From the human T2T-CHM13v2.0 reference genome, Homo sapiens: DNA of 64,000 bases. Each line of letters opens with the position of its first letter. Position 1 is the stretch's first letter. This document shows, piece by piece, positions 26,601 through 40,306 of this stretch. The stretch lies in the NCBI RefSeq assembly GCF_009914755.1, contig NC_060937.1; one strand, 5' to 3'. Both the position numbers and the translations under genes were made by a program. The notes under the pieces were generated by a model that saw nothing but the letters and a program-made list of their open reading frames with translations, did no database searches and was not told where the DNA came from.

Positions 26601-26881
26601 GATGGAAACATGCAACCCTTGTCCACCAGTTCTTACTTGGGGATTGCAGCAAAAAGGGTTTGCTTTAGAAAAACTTCCCCGACAGTTGTAAGTACTGTTA
26701 GTGGAGCTCACTAAATAGTTAAATAGACATAAGCAATTACTGGCATACTGTGCAGGCATGAGTTCAGTTTTAGCCAGAAGTCCCTCCTCACAAAGGGACT
26801 TGGTATATTGCCAAGGATAGCTAGGGCATCATCTCCACTATTTGCTGTGATTATTTGTCGGCCTTTTTCTTACTCTTGACG

Positions 26882-26884
<3 letters not shown>

Positions 26885-26922
<38 letters not shown>
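26885..26922. repeat. (TG)19 microsatellite
   Basis: Pure TG run extended by cgcacgtacac. Confidence 0.97.
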
Positions 26923-26925
<3 letters not shown>

Positions 26926-27153
26926 ACGTACACTGAATGAACTTAAACAACTTGATGGATCTCAACATTTAGACACCTTAAATAGATACCATAGGTAAAA
27001 GCTCGTTATCAACTGTAAGACCTATTCCAAAGTGAAATGTTTGTGCTGTTGTGATTTTGTTGCTCTCTATGAGAATTCTTAGAGATCCCTTTTTTCTTTG
27101 ACTTCCCTTCCTGTGCAGTGCCGTTTTCTTTGATGCTCTCGCTTCAGGCTCTT

Positions 27154-27157
<4 letters not shown>

Positions 27158-27207
<50 letters not shown>
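27158..27207. repeat. (AT)25 microsatellite
   Basis: Pure run at the position of the adjacent L1 tail. Confidence 0.97.
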
Positions 27208-27209
<2 letters not shown>

Positions 27210-27409
27210 TTTTATTATACTTTAAGTTCTAGGGTACATGTGCACAACATGCAGGTTTGTTACATATGTATACATGCGCCATGTTGGTGTGCTGCACCTA
27301 TTAACTCGTCATTTACATTAGGTATATCTCCTAATGCTATCCCTCCCCCCTCCCCCCACCCCACAACAGGCCCCGCTGTGTGATGTTCCCCTTCCTGTGT
27401 CCAAGTGTT
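27208..27409 (-). mobile_element. 5'-truncated L1PA (L1PA4-like) 3' UTR
   Basis: ttattatactttaagttctagggtacatgtgcacaac...ccctcccccctccccccacccc...gtgtccaagtgtt; TSD caggctctttttc / caggctctctttttc. Confidence 0.93.
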
Positions 27410-28029
27410 GAGCAGGCTCTCTTTTTCTAGTGCTCTGCCTGCTCCTGCGCTAGCCCATGGTCTCTTTTCTAATGTCCTGTTCTCTCTTCGAAGTCTGTAC
27501 CTGGCACCCCTACTAAATGGCACACACAGACACCTCATATTTCTGGGGTTCTAGTCACACCTGAGTCTTAGCTGGTGGAAGGAACTATTTATTTTCCCCT
27601 TTAGGAAACCAATCATTTGAAGCCTCAAGTATCAGCCTCCTGGCAGCCACCACAAAGACCATCCCCTCAGGAAACAAAACAAGCTCTATCTCTAGAGTTT
27701 CCCTGTTTTTTTTTTTTTCTTTAAAGTTCCCTGGTGCAAGTAGGCTGCAATTAAGAGTCAGGATCAAAGGGACTGGCTGACTCTGGGGCTGCTGGGACCA
27801 GCAGAGAGCTTTGGTCCTTTTAACTACTTACTTCCCACAATGCGTGCTACTCTAGCTGCTTCTTTGTTCTCCTGGGTACTCAAGTACCAGAATGGTGGTT
27901 TGCTGTGGGAAGACACATTAGAGTCAATGGAAGAACTTTTTCACATTACACAGGATTCTGACGGCCCCACCACACCACTCCTTGGAGATCTACCCAACTG
28001 ACAAAAAATACAAATATAAGGTAGAAATT

Positions 28030-28460
28030 AGAAGGAAATCCCAAGTGGGAAGGCATCTGAGGGATTATTAGCACAATTCCTGTCTACCCTCTTCCCCAGC
28101 CCTGACAAGCTGTTTCCAGCTATTGTGTATCTTTCTTTATTGACCGGACAATCATGACCCTATGGCGCATACAAGCCATAACATTTTGTTAGAAAATTCT
28201 TCCTCATGCTGAAATGAAATGGGACTCTGTAACCTGCACTCTTCATCCTTGTTCAGGCCTTTGGAGTAACCCTAAGCAAATCAAGTGTCTCTTTAGGAGG
28301 CGAGCCCCTTCACGTACTTGAAGATGTCAGAATTCCTCTGACAGGACCAGTATGGCACCTCCCTAATTCATGATAGAATACCTTTATATATGCAACCCAA
28401 GACACTGAGCTTCTCTGGCAGTGTTGACCCATTGTAGACTCAAATTGAACCTTGAACCAG
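28030..28460. mobile_element. Probable L3/CR1 fragment
   Basis: ttgttagaaaattcttcctcatgctgaaatgaaat...ctgtaac resembles the CR1/L3 3' region. Confidence 0.35.
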
Positions 28461-30394
28461 CTGTGATAAGAGAAAGAGGTGGGGCTCTTTAACTTCTCTC
28501 AGCTCGGTTCAGGCCTGAGCACAGTGCGGGGGCGGGGGGTAGTGAATAGATGAAGGTAAAGTGTGGCGGGACAGATGATCTTCCACAACTGCATGATGGG
28601 ATGCTTTAAAATTGTTTTCAGTCCCAACCACAGGTAACAGCCCCCTCCAGAAATCCCTGGCAATGTGCGGGACACTGGCTTGCAAAATTACCCACAAGGA
28701 CAATAGACTGATGGATCGAGATTTAAATAAACATACATGCAGAGATAGATTGAGGTATTTCTTCACATCAACCATTTGAATAACACACTCGGGCAGTGTT
28801 TAGAGATAAGGTACACGTTTTTGGTTTTCTTCCGTCATCGTCTATGTGTTTTGGTTCAACGAGCATTTTCGCAGTAGCGCTCAGTCCTCCCGAGTTTCTC
28901 TGCGGCTCTCAGCAGCTTAGAGACACACTTCGCCATCAGTAGGTGCCAAGGTCACTGGAGGAACTAATTAATCCCAGCTCCAGTCAACAGCAGGCTGCAC
29001 TAACCTGCCCTCCTTCCTCGTAGAAGGAGAAACCAGGAAGGATTTTCTCCCTCAGTTCCGCCCAGGCCTTCTTAGGGACACGCAGAGCAAACAAAGGAAG
29101 GGTGAGGAGGGGTGTTGAACCATTTCTCTATGAGGTGACCACATTTTCATGTAGAGAAGGCCCAGAGCTTGATCTGAAGCTTTCAGACTTGAGTTGATAT
29201 TTAACGTAGAGATCCCCAGGCCCCTACTCTATCACAAACTCTGTCTTTTTTTTTCCTCTGTACTAGTATTAGTTTTATTAATGCCCTATAAACCCAGCAA
29301 GCATGATTTGCCAGGCCAAAAATTTGCATTTTTAACAAAAATTGCCAGCTTTCTAGCTGACCACTCAAGAGCATGAGTTTTCCCCACTCGGTGAAATTTA
29401 TGTTGTATAACGCAGACCTCATTCAATAATTGATCAGAAAATGTAACTGAGAGGAGTGATTATTTTTGGAAACATTGACGACCAATAACCCAAGATACAA
29501 AGTTAGAAAACATTGCCATTTAAAACCTTGTAGATACCGGAATTCTTGTGAGTCCCCTTATCCAGGTACATGTTAGGTCTTGAGTTAATTGCTCTGTGGC
29601 TGTGGATTTTTATTTGATGTTCTGATCTCTTCCTTCCAGTTTGATAAATTAGTGTAGAAAGTGGAAGAAAAACATGCCGGCGCAGCCTGTGCGCTTTGTC
29701 AGGTTAACAGAATGGAGTCCTGCTCTGGCATCAGTCAGTGCTGTTGTCCGAACCCTCTGTGGCTCCTTCCTCCCTCCCTGGGGCCCAGAGCTGCAGACGC
29801 TAGAGGGGCATCGGCCTGGGAGTGAGGTTCCCGCTACAGTTTGGAGAACCCAGCAAATCCTGGAGTTAGGTTTCTGACGCTCCCCATCTTGCTCCCTAGT
29901 TACAAACAGAAAAAAAAAAAAATCAAAACCATATGTTCAATACACTGTCAGCCTTCTAGTGAACATGTTACCGTTAAATAATAACCGTCAGCCTATCCGC
30001 AAATTTGACGGTGATGGGCGTTGGAGCTGACCTGCCCTGGCGGAGGCTGGGGAGGGTGGAGAAGGGCGATTGTGTTTGCTTCCTTGCTCAAAATGGCATG
30101 TCGCTGGAAGCCTTCCAGCTCCTAATGGTGGAGGCATAGCAAGGACTGCATTTACCGACTTATTTCCCTCTTTTTTTTCACGTATTCTTTCTTCCCCTCA
30201 CATTTTCAGGACTGAAAATTAGAAACACTTTTCTCCTACACACAAAATTACTCCCTCACACACACTTTATTTTCCCCCTGCTTTGAAGTGACAGTTGCTG
30301 CAAGAAAAGGTTTCTCTCAGAAGAGCACAGGCTGTCCTGGCCAGAACGAAGGGGTTAATTTAAAATACAGCCAGCTAGGTAGTCCTAGGGGCAT

Positions 30395-30580
30395 GCTTTC
30401 CCTTGGGGTTGGGGGTGGTATCTGAAAGGTTGGAGGGGGTGCTCCTGGGGCTCTGCTAATATTTTATTTCTTCATCTGGGTGTGAGATGTACAGATGTGT
30501 TCACTTTGTGAAAATCCAGTGGGCTGGATACAGGATATGTGGTCTTTTTTTTTTTTTTGTCTTTAATAAAGTTTTAAAAA
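30395..30580 (+). mobile_element. Old L1 (L1MD/ME) 3' end
   Basis: ctaatattttatttcttcatctgggtg...gtgttcactttgtgaaaatccag...aataaagttttaaaaa. Confidence 0.7.
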
Positions 30581-31109
30581 TGTAGCTGGCTACCTTGTAC
30601 TTTGTATTATAAGATAAAGTTCGTGGGAAGGTAGTCCTATATTTTTATTCTTTTCCCACTTGGACCTCCGCTTTTTATTCATTTCTCTCTTCTGGAACCT
30701 TCTGGGCTTCCAGCAGTGGTCTCTGTTCCCGCCTATAATCAGAACCATGAAGGGTCATGACAGCCAGCTTATCATTCTACCCTGGACCAGACGGAAGTTA
30801 ATGCTCCAAATTAGAAACTTGAAAGGAAATGATCAGTGCTAACTAATAATGATGCTGACAGTAATAATAACAGTTACTTTGTCATTATATACAAAACATC
30901 TCCTTGTTTCTCCCTATTTTTATTTTATTCAAATGCATGAAAGCTTTGCTTAAGAGACTTTTTTTTTTCTATTTGGCAATCAAGACAAATGGAAGGAAGG
31001 AAGAGTGTGGGGACAGCAGATGACAAAGCCCTTTGCCCTTTTCTGGCGGTGTAGCCCTAGATTAGCCTGTTAGTCTGTTTAAGTCAAGGGATTGCAGATC
31101 TCAAAAAAT

Positions 31110-31300
31110 AAATAAGGATGGCTAAGGATGGCAGGAATGCAGTTTGTGGGTCATCAACACAGATTTGAATCCCGGGGTCCCGTAGGAAGCACGAGTTACC
31201 AAATTCATTGGACCTCTGGTTTCTTGTGCCCACCTCTCAGGATTTTTGTGAAGATTTGGTAAAACAATGGACCAGAATTGCCTTATGCATGGTGAGGGAC
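31110..31300 (+). mobile_element. MIR fragment
   Basis: cagatttgaatcccgg...cctctggtttctt...cacctctcaggatttttgtgaagatt. Confidence 0.5.
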
Positions 31301-31479
31301 CCTTTGTCAGTGGGAAGGAGCTGATGGCATTGTTAATTTAAGGACCTGCTCTGCCAGGGCAAATGTGTTCTCCTTAATGAAGCTTTCATTGGCTATAGAA
31401 AAGTTTGCAGGAAAAAGAAATGTATGAAAGATAGTGGATGAGGAGAAAATTATTTCTTAAGTCTTTCCCATTTCCTTTC

Positions 31480-32400
31480 CCCTCATGGAATTTATACTCT
31501 ACCGTTACAGGTAAGATGTGTAAATAAATCACCATGGTGAAGGTATTATGCCACAAGGGAGGTATAAGATGCCTGTGAGATTAGTGCCATCCAAGTAAGG
31601 CAGTCAGGGAAGGCTTCCTGGAGGAGAAAACATCTGACATGGCCTTGAAGGATAGATAAAATCACATTGTGTGCACCTGAAAAGCACCCATGCAGGTTTT
31701 TCTGGAGCATGAAGTGCAGTCTAGGGTGTACTTGGCATGGACTAAATTGTGAATGACTTTGAATGCCACCCTATGTATTTCAAACTTTATTCAGAATGCA
31801 GCAGAGAGCCACCAAATATTTTTAAGCAGGTAAATGAGGGGTCAGACAATGCTTTAGAGAGATAATTCCGTGAGCAGAGTTTAGACCTGAGAATTGCAGA
31901 CGCTCAGGCAGGTCATGAAGGCATGGGCTGGGATAGCAGCAATGAGAATGAGGTGCTGTGCTGAGGCCAGGAGCAACTTACGAAGAGCATGGGCAGGATT
32001 GACTGGGGCCAAGGGAAAGGGAGGGAGTCAAAGCCGACCTGGACACGATCAGCTTAGAAAACAGAAAAACCAGTGATGCCAATGGCATAAACACACAGGA
32101 GGATGGGGGAAGACAATAAAATTGGCTCTGATCATTAAGAGTTTGAAGTCGGAATGTCCTCTGAGAAGTATGGGTCTAGGCTTCTGTAGCGTGTGGAGCC
32201 CAATGTATATTTGGAATTCATCCACAGAAGACTGATGTTTGAAATCATAGAGGAATTGAGATAGCAAAGAAAACAAGTGCAATCTAGAAAATGGTAGACG
32301 ACACAGGCTTGGGTAGATGACACAGGCTTGGGAAAGCCTTACATTGAAGGGAATTTCCTAGGCACACTTCCACTGGCACAAAAATCCAAAGTGAAGAGCA
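31480..32400 (-). mobile_element. L2 fragments
   Basis: cagtcagggaaggcttcctggaggagaaaacatctgac...ggccttgaaggatag. Confidence 0.6.
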
Positions 32401-34049
32401 TTTCATCCAAGGTGAGGGCACCTTGGAACAGGTGTATGGGCCTCATAACCTCTCTCATTGCCTTTGGATCTGTGACAAAGGATCATGCTATTCACTGTGT
32501 CATAGATTAAGGCTTCCTGAAACCAGGTGAGAATGGGAAATGGTGGCAGATCCTAAAGAAAGTTCAATAAAGATGAAGACCGGGCCCAGTCCTATGAGGT
32601 GCAGAAGCCAAGACAACGCCTCTGACCTTTGGGAAAGTCCCTTTTTGGAAGAGTGCTGCGTGGGCTGCTGAACTGCAAGGCACCAGGGAAGTGGAAAGTG
32701 AAAACGATTAGGTAGGGAGTGGGAGACAGGTAGCACAGCCAAAGGGGAGATGGCGGTGAGCAGAGAAGAGGCAGGGATAAAGTAAGCAAGTTTAGGTTGG
32801 AGGGCAAGGTGTGCTGGGCTGCCTGGTGGCACCTGGGGCAACTTTTGGCTCATTGGAGGCTGCCTGCTGGGGATTCATGAGCTGAGGCCACTGGGAAAAA
32901 ATGGTTTTTGAAAATTGATAGGCTTAAGTATGATTCTGCTCTACCAGGAAAGGTGAAAAACATCAGATAAATGTGAAGGAAGGTGGTGAGGTGAGGTCTA
33001 AAGGCGTCTCCAAGGAGGCTTCCAGAGGCCTTTGCCTTGAAATGAATTCTGCTCTACTCAAAATAACCGTTTCGGAGAGGGCTCAAGATGCTACATCCAG
33101 CCCCACTGCTAATCAAACACGATCTCTGTATTACCACAGGCATAACTGCAATACAGAGACTGCTGCTTCTTTCTAAAGTGCTATACAAATATTTTTTGTA
33201 CTACTGTTTATTATTTTCTTTAGCTTTTCCCTTCATACTACAGGGTATCAGCAAAGGCTAATTCATGTGCCTAGATAACTCTTCTCCTAAATAACAACCT
33301 GCCAATATAGATACCTCATATGGAATATTTTTAATGTCTCCTTATAGTAATCTCCATGCATTTTAAACTTGAGCCAATGTCTGATAAGTAGTAGATGCTC
33401 AATAAATAATGTTTGTGGAATACTTGTGAATGGCTGAAGTGTTTTAGTATTGAGGCAGGCATTTCTCTAGATAATTATTAGCTATGAGTCATACTCACAG
33501 AAATCCATAGTCCATCATCTATACAAATATACCCAGAAGTTTATATGGTGATGAAAAATGAATGCATTTTCCCCCTGGGAACATATGCATCTCTATGAAG
33601 TTGTGCTTTAGTGCTAAAGAGAGGCCAGCTATGCTCCAATCCCTTCAACCAGGGATCTTTTTTCATTTAAACTTCAAAGAAGTTTGGCTGATGAAGGCTG
33701 TGGACAGAGAGAAACTAAGTGTGAGATACGTGAACTGTGAGTTCTCTGGAGCGTCCTAACTCTTAAAATAAGTTTTAGCTGCTTGAGTGCTGTAGGATAG
33801 ATACTTCTGGTTATGTGTGGCTGCACAAAATGTACAGCACGTCTGACAAAATGGATTGACCTATTTCTTTGCCCTTGAGGGCCACTCGAAAACTTAATAA
33901 AAGACAAGCACATCTACAGACAAACCCAGAATAAGATTTGTAGCCACTGGTACAAGGTTGTATTTCTGGACTATATTCACCTCTCCACCCAACTCCAACC
34001 CCAGGAGAAGAAGTTGTATTTTCTTTCCATACCCATTTCAAAAGCTCTC

Positions 34050-34260
34050 CCAAGTTACTCTGAAGGTTGATTTTGTTAGATACACATACTCCTGGGAAGC
34101 TTGTTAGAAGGACAGATTCCAGGGCCCCACCCCAGACTTCTGAATCCTAGGCCCCACCTCCCATGATTCTGACTCGGGGAGTCTGAGGTGGGGCCTAGGA
34201 ACCCACATTTATTGCTAGACTACACAGTGATGTTGACACAAATTATTCACAGACCTCCTG
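34050..34260. mobile_element. MER5-family element
   Basis: gcttgttagaa...cagattccagggccccaccccagacttctgaatc plus the inverted arm gtctgaggtggggcctagg. Confidence 0.7.
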
Positions 34261-34510
34261 GCACAGGGGTTAGGAGAACATTCAAATCCTGCACCCAAAT
34301 CCTGGCTCTGCCACAGACTAGCTGCACAACTTCAGGCAGATTTTGACATCGATTTGAATCTCAGTTTTCTTATCTTTAAAATGGGAGTAATAATTCCCAC
34401 TTCTTTGGGCGATGCTTGGGATTAAATGAGATCACCTCATGTAACTTAATTACATGAGAAAGTACTTTCTACACTGCACAAAATATACATTAATAAATAA
34501 GATATAGTTA
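34260..34510 (+). mobile_element. MIR
   Basis: caaatcctggctctgccacagactagctg...tctcagttttcttatctttaaaatgggagtaataa. Confidence 0.8.
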
Positions 34511-37500
34511 TCTGGGGTGGACATAAAGCTATTAGAGAATAACCACCAATGAATGCTATAGACCCTCTAAGCAATTCTAGAAAGAGCAGGGGCTTTGACA
34601 TGACTATTTCTGCAAATTCTTAAAGGCTTGATATCCCTCACAAAGATCCCATTGTTCTTTTAGCAAAATGCAAGAAGGCTTTTTATTCTACAAAAGACTT
34701 TTGGGAATGTTTACATTTGAAGGAGATGGTAAAACACTGGAGCATGTTACCCAGACTAAAGGAATCATAGTATTTCTAGGATGATTGAAATGTAGCTGCT
34801 TTTGAAAACAGGAGGGCTGGGCTACATTTGGAAAGTTTCATGTAGTGCATGTGTGAAAATGAAGCACTTGAACGAGCTCCGTGATAGGCCATGCCTTGAG
34901 CTGTTTTGGCACAGATAAAATTGCTTCTGTCCTCACTCGGGCTGTTTTTAGGTTGTTCAAGCAGATGGTAACTGGCTCACACAGGGGCCAAACTCCTGAG
35001 CTTAAAACTTTTGGAAATGAATGACTGACTGACTGAATGAATGAATGAATTTCCTCTGGGTCCAGGAAACACTCCCATTATATCTGCCGTTCCATTCTAG
35101 CCCTCTGGTCCCTCAGGAAAGGTTAGCCTCTTTGTTGCTCAGAGCATGAATATGTAAGGATTGGTTCAAGGTGTTTCCTGGAACTGAAGTCCCCTTCCTT
35201 CCTGGATGTGCTGACCCAGTTGCCTGTGTTGGAAGACTCAATATCACATGTCCTTTTTTTTCCCCACTGAGAACCCATTAGCAGCAGAGATACTTTCACA
35301 AGTTAGGTGTTTGCTGGAGCTCTGGGTCATAAGATTTGGGTCACACACAACCAAGAGGAAAGAAGTGTGGTACAGAGTCCATTTGATCAGCACACAGGGA
35401 GAAATAAGAACAGAAACGTGAAAAAAATTCAAAACAGAGGAGGGAGTGCAAAGAAAAATGTATGCTACTCTGAAATCTAAGTCTCCGTTTCAGCTTTCAG
35501 TTGAGAAAGGTTTTCAATATTTTCCAAATCAAAGTATATCTACAGATCTTCAAATCCATTGTGAATCATTTTCAAAAGGCTTAGTCCTTTCATTCAGAGC
35601 ACTGATTAAAATCCAACTGTGTGCCTAGTATCCTGATGCTAGGTAATGAAGTGAAACAATCATGATTGGTAGCAATGGAATTGAGCAGTTAAGACACACA
35701 TATGCATAAACATTGCACACACGCACGTGTGCAACACAGGCATGCACCCCAAAAGCCATTGGAGAACCCTGAGACCAACCCTATTTCACTTGGGCCCTGG
35801 ATACTTGCTGCTTCATTTAAGGTGGGAAGGAGGGAGGGGCCATCAGAGTTAGGCGAGTTGGGTCTGACTCCAATTGGAGTGGGCCTTGTGTTGAGCTTAG
35901 AAGGATGCCTGGTTTGAGATAACTGTGCAGGAGAGTGGCATACATCCCATATCAAAGGAAACCACTCAAACAAAAGCCAATAGGAGGAAATGAGCTCTTA
36001 TTGTGTGCACACATGGGGTTCCTCCGAGAGGAAATTGCCTGATTGAGGACACTTCCGATGCCTTCTGAAGCAACAAGGAAAGGCTAGGCCCATGTTCCCA
36101 CAACTCGGAGAAGGTGTCTCCCTCAACCCTGGGCTAGCTGCAGTGAAATGGGTAGGATTTTGACGACACCACTGCCCACCCCCAACACACTCCTAGACCT
36201 CCAGAAACTTCAATTACAAAATGTGTCTTTGGAACCCAAAAGGCAATGTTCTTCTTTGTGCTTTAGGGTGTTTAGATCTAGGAAAGAGGAGGGAGCGGGC
36301 ACGTGGCTCAAATATGTTGCTCTCTTCATAGCCAAGGCTCCCGCATTTCTTGGGCTGCATTAGGCAACTGAGACACAGCCTGTGCCTTGCAGGGTCACCT
36401 TGTTACCAGGATCCTGTTGACTCCCTGGTGCAGGTCAGGCCAACTGAGATGATGTCCCTGGATCTGCTCAGAGGGGTTTTACATTCAGTCCCCTCAGCTA
36501 GACAGTAGAGGCATCAACAATCCTGTTACCTGCCGTCTTCTACCCAAAATATAATCCTGACCCTGAACTTGTGATTTTGCAGGGCACAGAGTGGTGTCTG
36601 AGACTTGTCCTCGGCCCCATGTGGAACACAGAAACATCCCCAGTCCCCGAGAAATGTAGGGTCTAGAAGAGGAGCATACATTGCAGTTGACATAGCAGAA
36701 TGAGGACTTCCTGGGTCCCGGGAGCCCCCCGGGGTTGGGGATGAGGGTACCTAAGAAACATTAAAAGAGCTTGGAATAAGCAGGACTTACTTGTTCCTTT
36801 TTTTTTTTTTCCCCCCTCCTGTACGTTGCTTGATTGACAGTTTGAGAACAGTTAAGCTTGGATCTGTGGGGATGCTACTATAACTGGCATGTATTATGGA
36901 GTCGTTGTCCAATGACATCATCCTCTGAAATTGGTGCTGGTGGAAGGAAAATGAAAGACGACTGAGCAGGGCTCCGCACGCGGCAGTCCCTCCCCTCCAC
37001 TGAGCGCATGCGCTCCTGTGCAGGCGTCTCCTTCTTGCCCTCTATCAGCCTGAAGCCCCAAAGCTTGGGCATGAGCTCAGAGTGTCACCAACCCAGCCAA
37101 CCCCTCCCATATATCCCCCACTGCCCAAGTGACTATCTGCAGCGGTGGCCAGTGGCAGGCACGGACAGTGGATGTGGGAGAGAGAGTTGAACAAAAGACA
37201 ATGTCCCTTGAACATATCAAGTTCCACTGCAGTTTAGGTAGATGCATTTTCAGTTTACCCTGGAGGATGAAAAATCAAGGTTCTTAGATTGCCTTATGGA
37301 CTGCTCCTGACGGCTTATTTATTTAGTCAGTCAACAAACCCTAAGTGAGTAGCCAGCATGTGTCGGATGCTGTACTAGGGGTTGGGCTACAAAGATGCAT
37401 TAGCCTGGCTGCTATTCTGGCCAGGTACAGCAGCAGCAAGGTCAGCCTCAAGGAGGTGAGGATAAATGGAAAGGGGGCACAAGGATCAGGGAGGACAGGA

Positions 37501-40303
37501 CTGGCTGGCTGGGGTAGTAGGGGTAGGGGACAGGGCTGGTCATGATTTTCCAACAAGGGATTTGAACTGGGTCTTGGAGGATGCCCCATATGCCAGAAAT
37601 CAACGAAAGTGGAGAAGCACGTCAGTCTTCTAATTAGCATGTTCCTTCTAATTAGTTGCTTCTAAGGCATATCAAGTTGCATCTATAAGCTAAAACTAAT
37701 AGACAATTGAGCATTTAACAGTTTCTTTTTCTTTTCTCTTTTTCTTCTCTCCTCCCCACCCTTGGAGGGGGAAAAAACAACAAACGAATTAAGAGCTAAA
37801 TTTGCCAGCAAATAGCATTATGTGGATGCAGAGAAAGAGGACTATTTTGCTCATCCTGGATAGGGCTGGGTAACTGAGAATTTTATCCTCCGGCATGGAT
37901 CTTATTTTGTTATCATTCATCAGAAGTGGCAGGAGAAAAAAGGTAGAGGGAAACTTCTCTGTGGGCTTCTACATGTTCTCCCTACACTTCTGTCTTTCAC
38001 AGTATCAGAAAGGCAAGGGGGAAAAAAACACACTCTGGTTCTTGATCATAGTAAGGACAGTATTTTACCCTCTCTTTTGGCTAAAAATGACCAAATAAAA
38101 AACAGATTCATCTCATGTAACAACGAATAATGGTGGTTTCAAAGTCCTCACAGTTTAAAGGCTAACTTACAGGATTAGGTCATAGACATGCTTGTAAAAT
38201 TCCAATGTGATTCTTTAGTCATATTTAATTTCAAATATTATCACACACCAACGATAAAAATTTTAAGAAACCTGCTAGTGAAATATTTTCAATGAATTTA
38301 AGTTTTCATGCATTTCAAACACGATGACTTTTGTAGCTGTCCTGAATAAACACAAGCTGTAATTTTGAAAGCAACAAATTGACGGATGCAGAGAGGAAAC
38401 CAGGCCAGTGTCTCGTTAACACTGCTGAATAGATCAAGATCAGAAAAGCCAAGGAAAGCCTGTCATCTGCTAAGAGAAATCGGGAAACAAATAGAGACAA
38501 GTCAACTTATAGTCAGTATGAATCCCCTAACCATTGAACTTCACTGAGAACCATGAAACTTTGACTTTTTTCATGTATGAACAGCACTTTTGTGCCTTTG
38601 TTTTACAATGTAGACCAACGACTAGATAATGTGCCTTGTTCTTCATTGACTTTGTAATCTCATTCTTTGCCACAAATATAATGGCCTGTTTGTTTTGCTG
38701 CTGGTGCACATTGGTCAAAGAATCAGACATTTGTTTCACGGTGCTTGTTTTGAAGAAATCAGTTCTGGGTACATCTTTACACTGCCCATAAAAACAGGGG
38801 CTTATCTGGGTGAGAGATACACCAGGTCTGCACTGGGATGGGCTTACATTTATCCACTACTATAGAAAATGAAATTGAAATATAATAAAACTGCATTTTA
38901 ATCTAATTACTGAAGAGCTTGAATTATAGACTATTCATAAAGATGTACAGTTTTATTCATTATAATGACACACAGCAATTTGAGTTGGCCAAGAGTATTT
39001 TATCTAATAATGACCATTAAGAAGTTCTTATTAATAAAGAGATAAGAATGATTTATAAGTAAGATTACAGGTATTTTATCTAAATAAATAGTAATAAAAC
39101 TCCTGAGAAGTTTGGTCTCAGAAGTAGGGTAAATATTCCCATTAGGATTAGGTTAGGACTTAATTTCTTCAACAAGCACACCCTCTCTGCCCTTTTGTTA
39201 ATAAATAGTTCAAAAGTAAACTTTAGCCCAGTCTATAAATGGTTTCAACTCACAAAGGAATTCTGATCAGTTGGTGGTGGCTGTCTGCCTCAAAACTTGC
39301 TTGAAGAAGTTTTTGGGTGCCAAGTCTAAGCTCCCAGGGAAAAAGTGCTGGGATCACTTAGTGATACCTGCCATGGACAGGATAGGGGGAAGGGAGGAAC
39401 AGATACTATTCATTTGCTACCCTTGGCATATCATAGGCTATTCCAAGTGGTTACAAAGCTAGGATTCTCACAAAAGTCATCCCCCGTCTTCTCCCTACGA
39501 AAGCGTAATAACTTTTATGTTGCTGGTAACAATGTTTCTAGATGTCACCACAATCCTGAAGTTGAAGGTTCTTTCTGCAAGGGTGGTAGGCATTTCACTA
39601 TCTTAATTGATTTAGACCCTAAGTAAAGAAATTGAATTTACTAAAGGTAGCCATGTACAATGCATTTTTATTTCTACTAAGTTGGAGGAATAAAATTATT
39701 TAACAACTCTTCTTTCTCCTGAATTTGATATTTAGGCAGGAGGAAGGGCTGTTACATTGGATTGAGTCCATCGAAATGGTATTTTAATATTTCATTTTAA
39801 TTTTGCTTGTAATTATTATTGCACTTTTTGAAAGAAAATACTTAGTTCCTTCCACTGAAACAAATCTGAAATTCAGAGCCAAGTCCATGCAGCAGCACAA
39901 TTTTCCATTATTTTGAAGTTAAGTAACAGATGATGAGTAGGACAAAGGAAGGGAACTAGTGCCTTTAAAGCACCTACTATGTTTCAGGCACTTTGATTTA
40001 CTTTCAGAATGTTTTTCTCCCTAATTTAATGCTCCCAGCTACCTAAGAGATATATGGTATTACTACATTTTATAGATAAGAAATGTGAGGTTTAGAAAGG
40101 GACTGTTTGTTCATTGTGGAACTTAAATTGGAACTAGCCTCCAAAGTTGGCTGAAATTTCTGTTTGGAATTCAGAATTTGAATGCATACCACTTGTCCCA
40201 ACTTATAAACAGGACTCTTGTAGTGAAGTTTTTTGGATTGACTAATATAAATTTAAGAACTTTAGCATTTTTGAAAGCCGTTAATAACTGTTGGCTACTG
40301 TTA

Positions 40304-40306
<3 letters not shown>

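Noticed and set aside
37511-37535. Four G-runs (sense-strand G4 motif)
   Set aside because: Lies within an L2 remnant; common motif with no supporting context.
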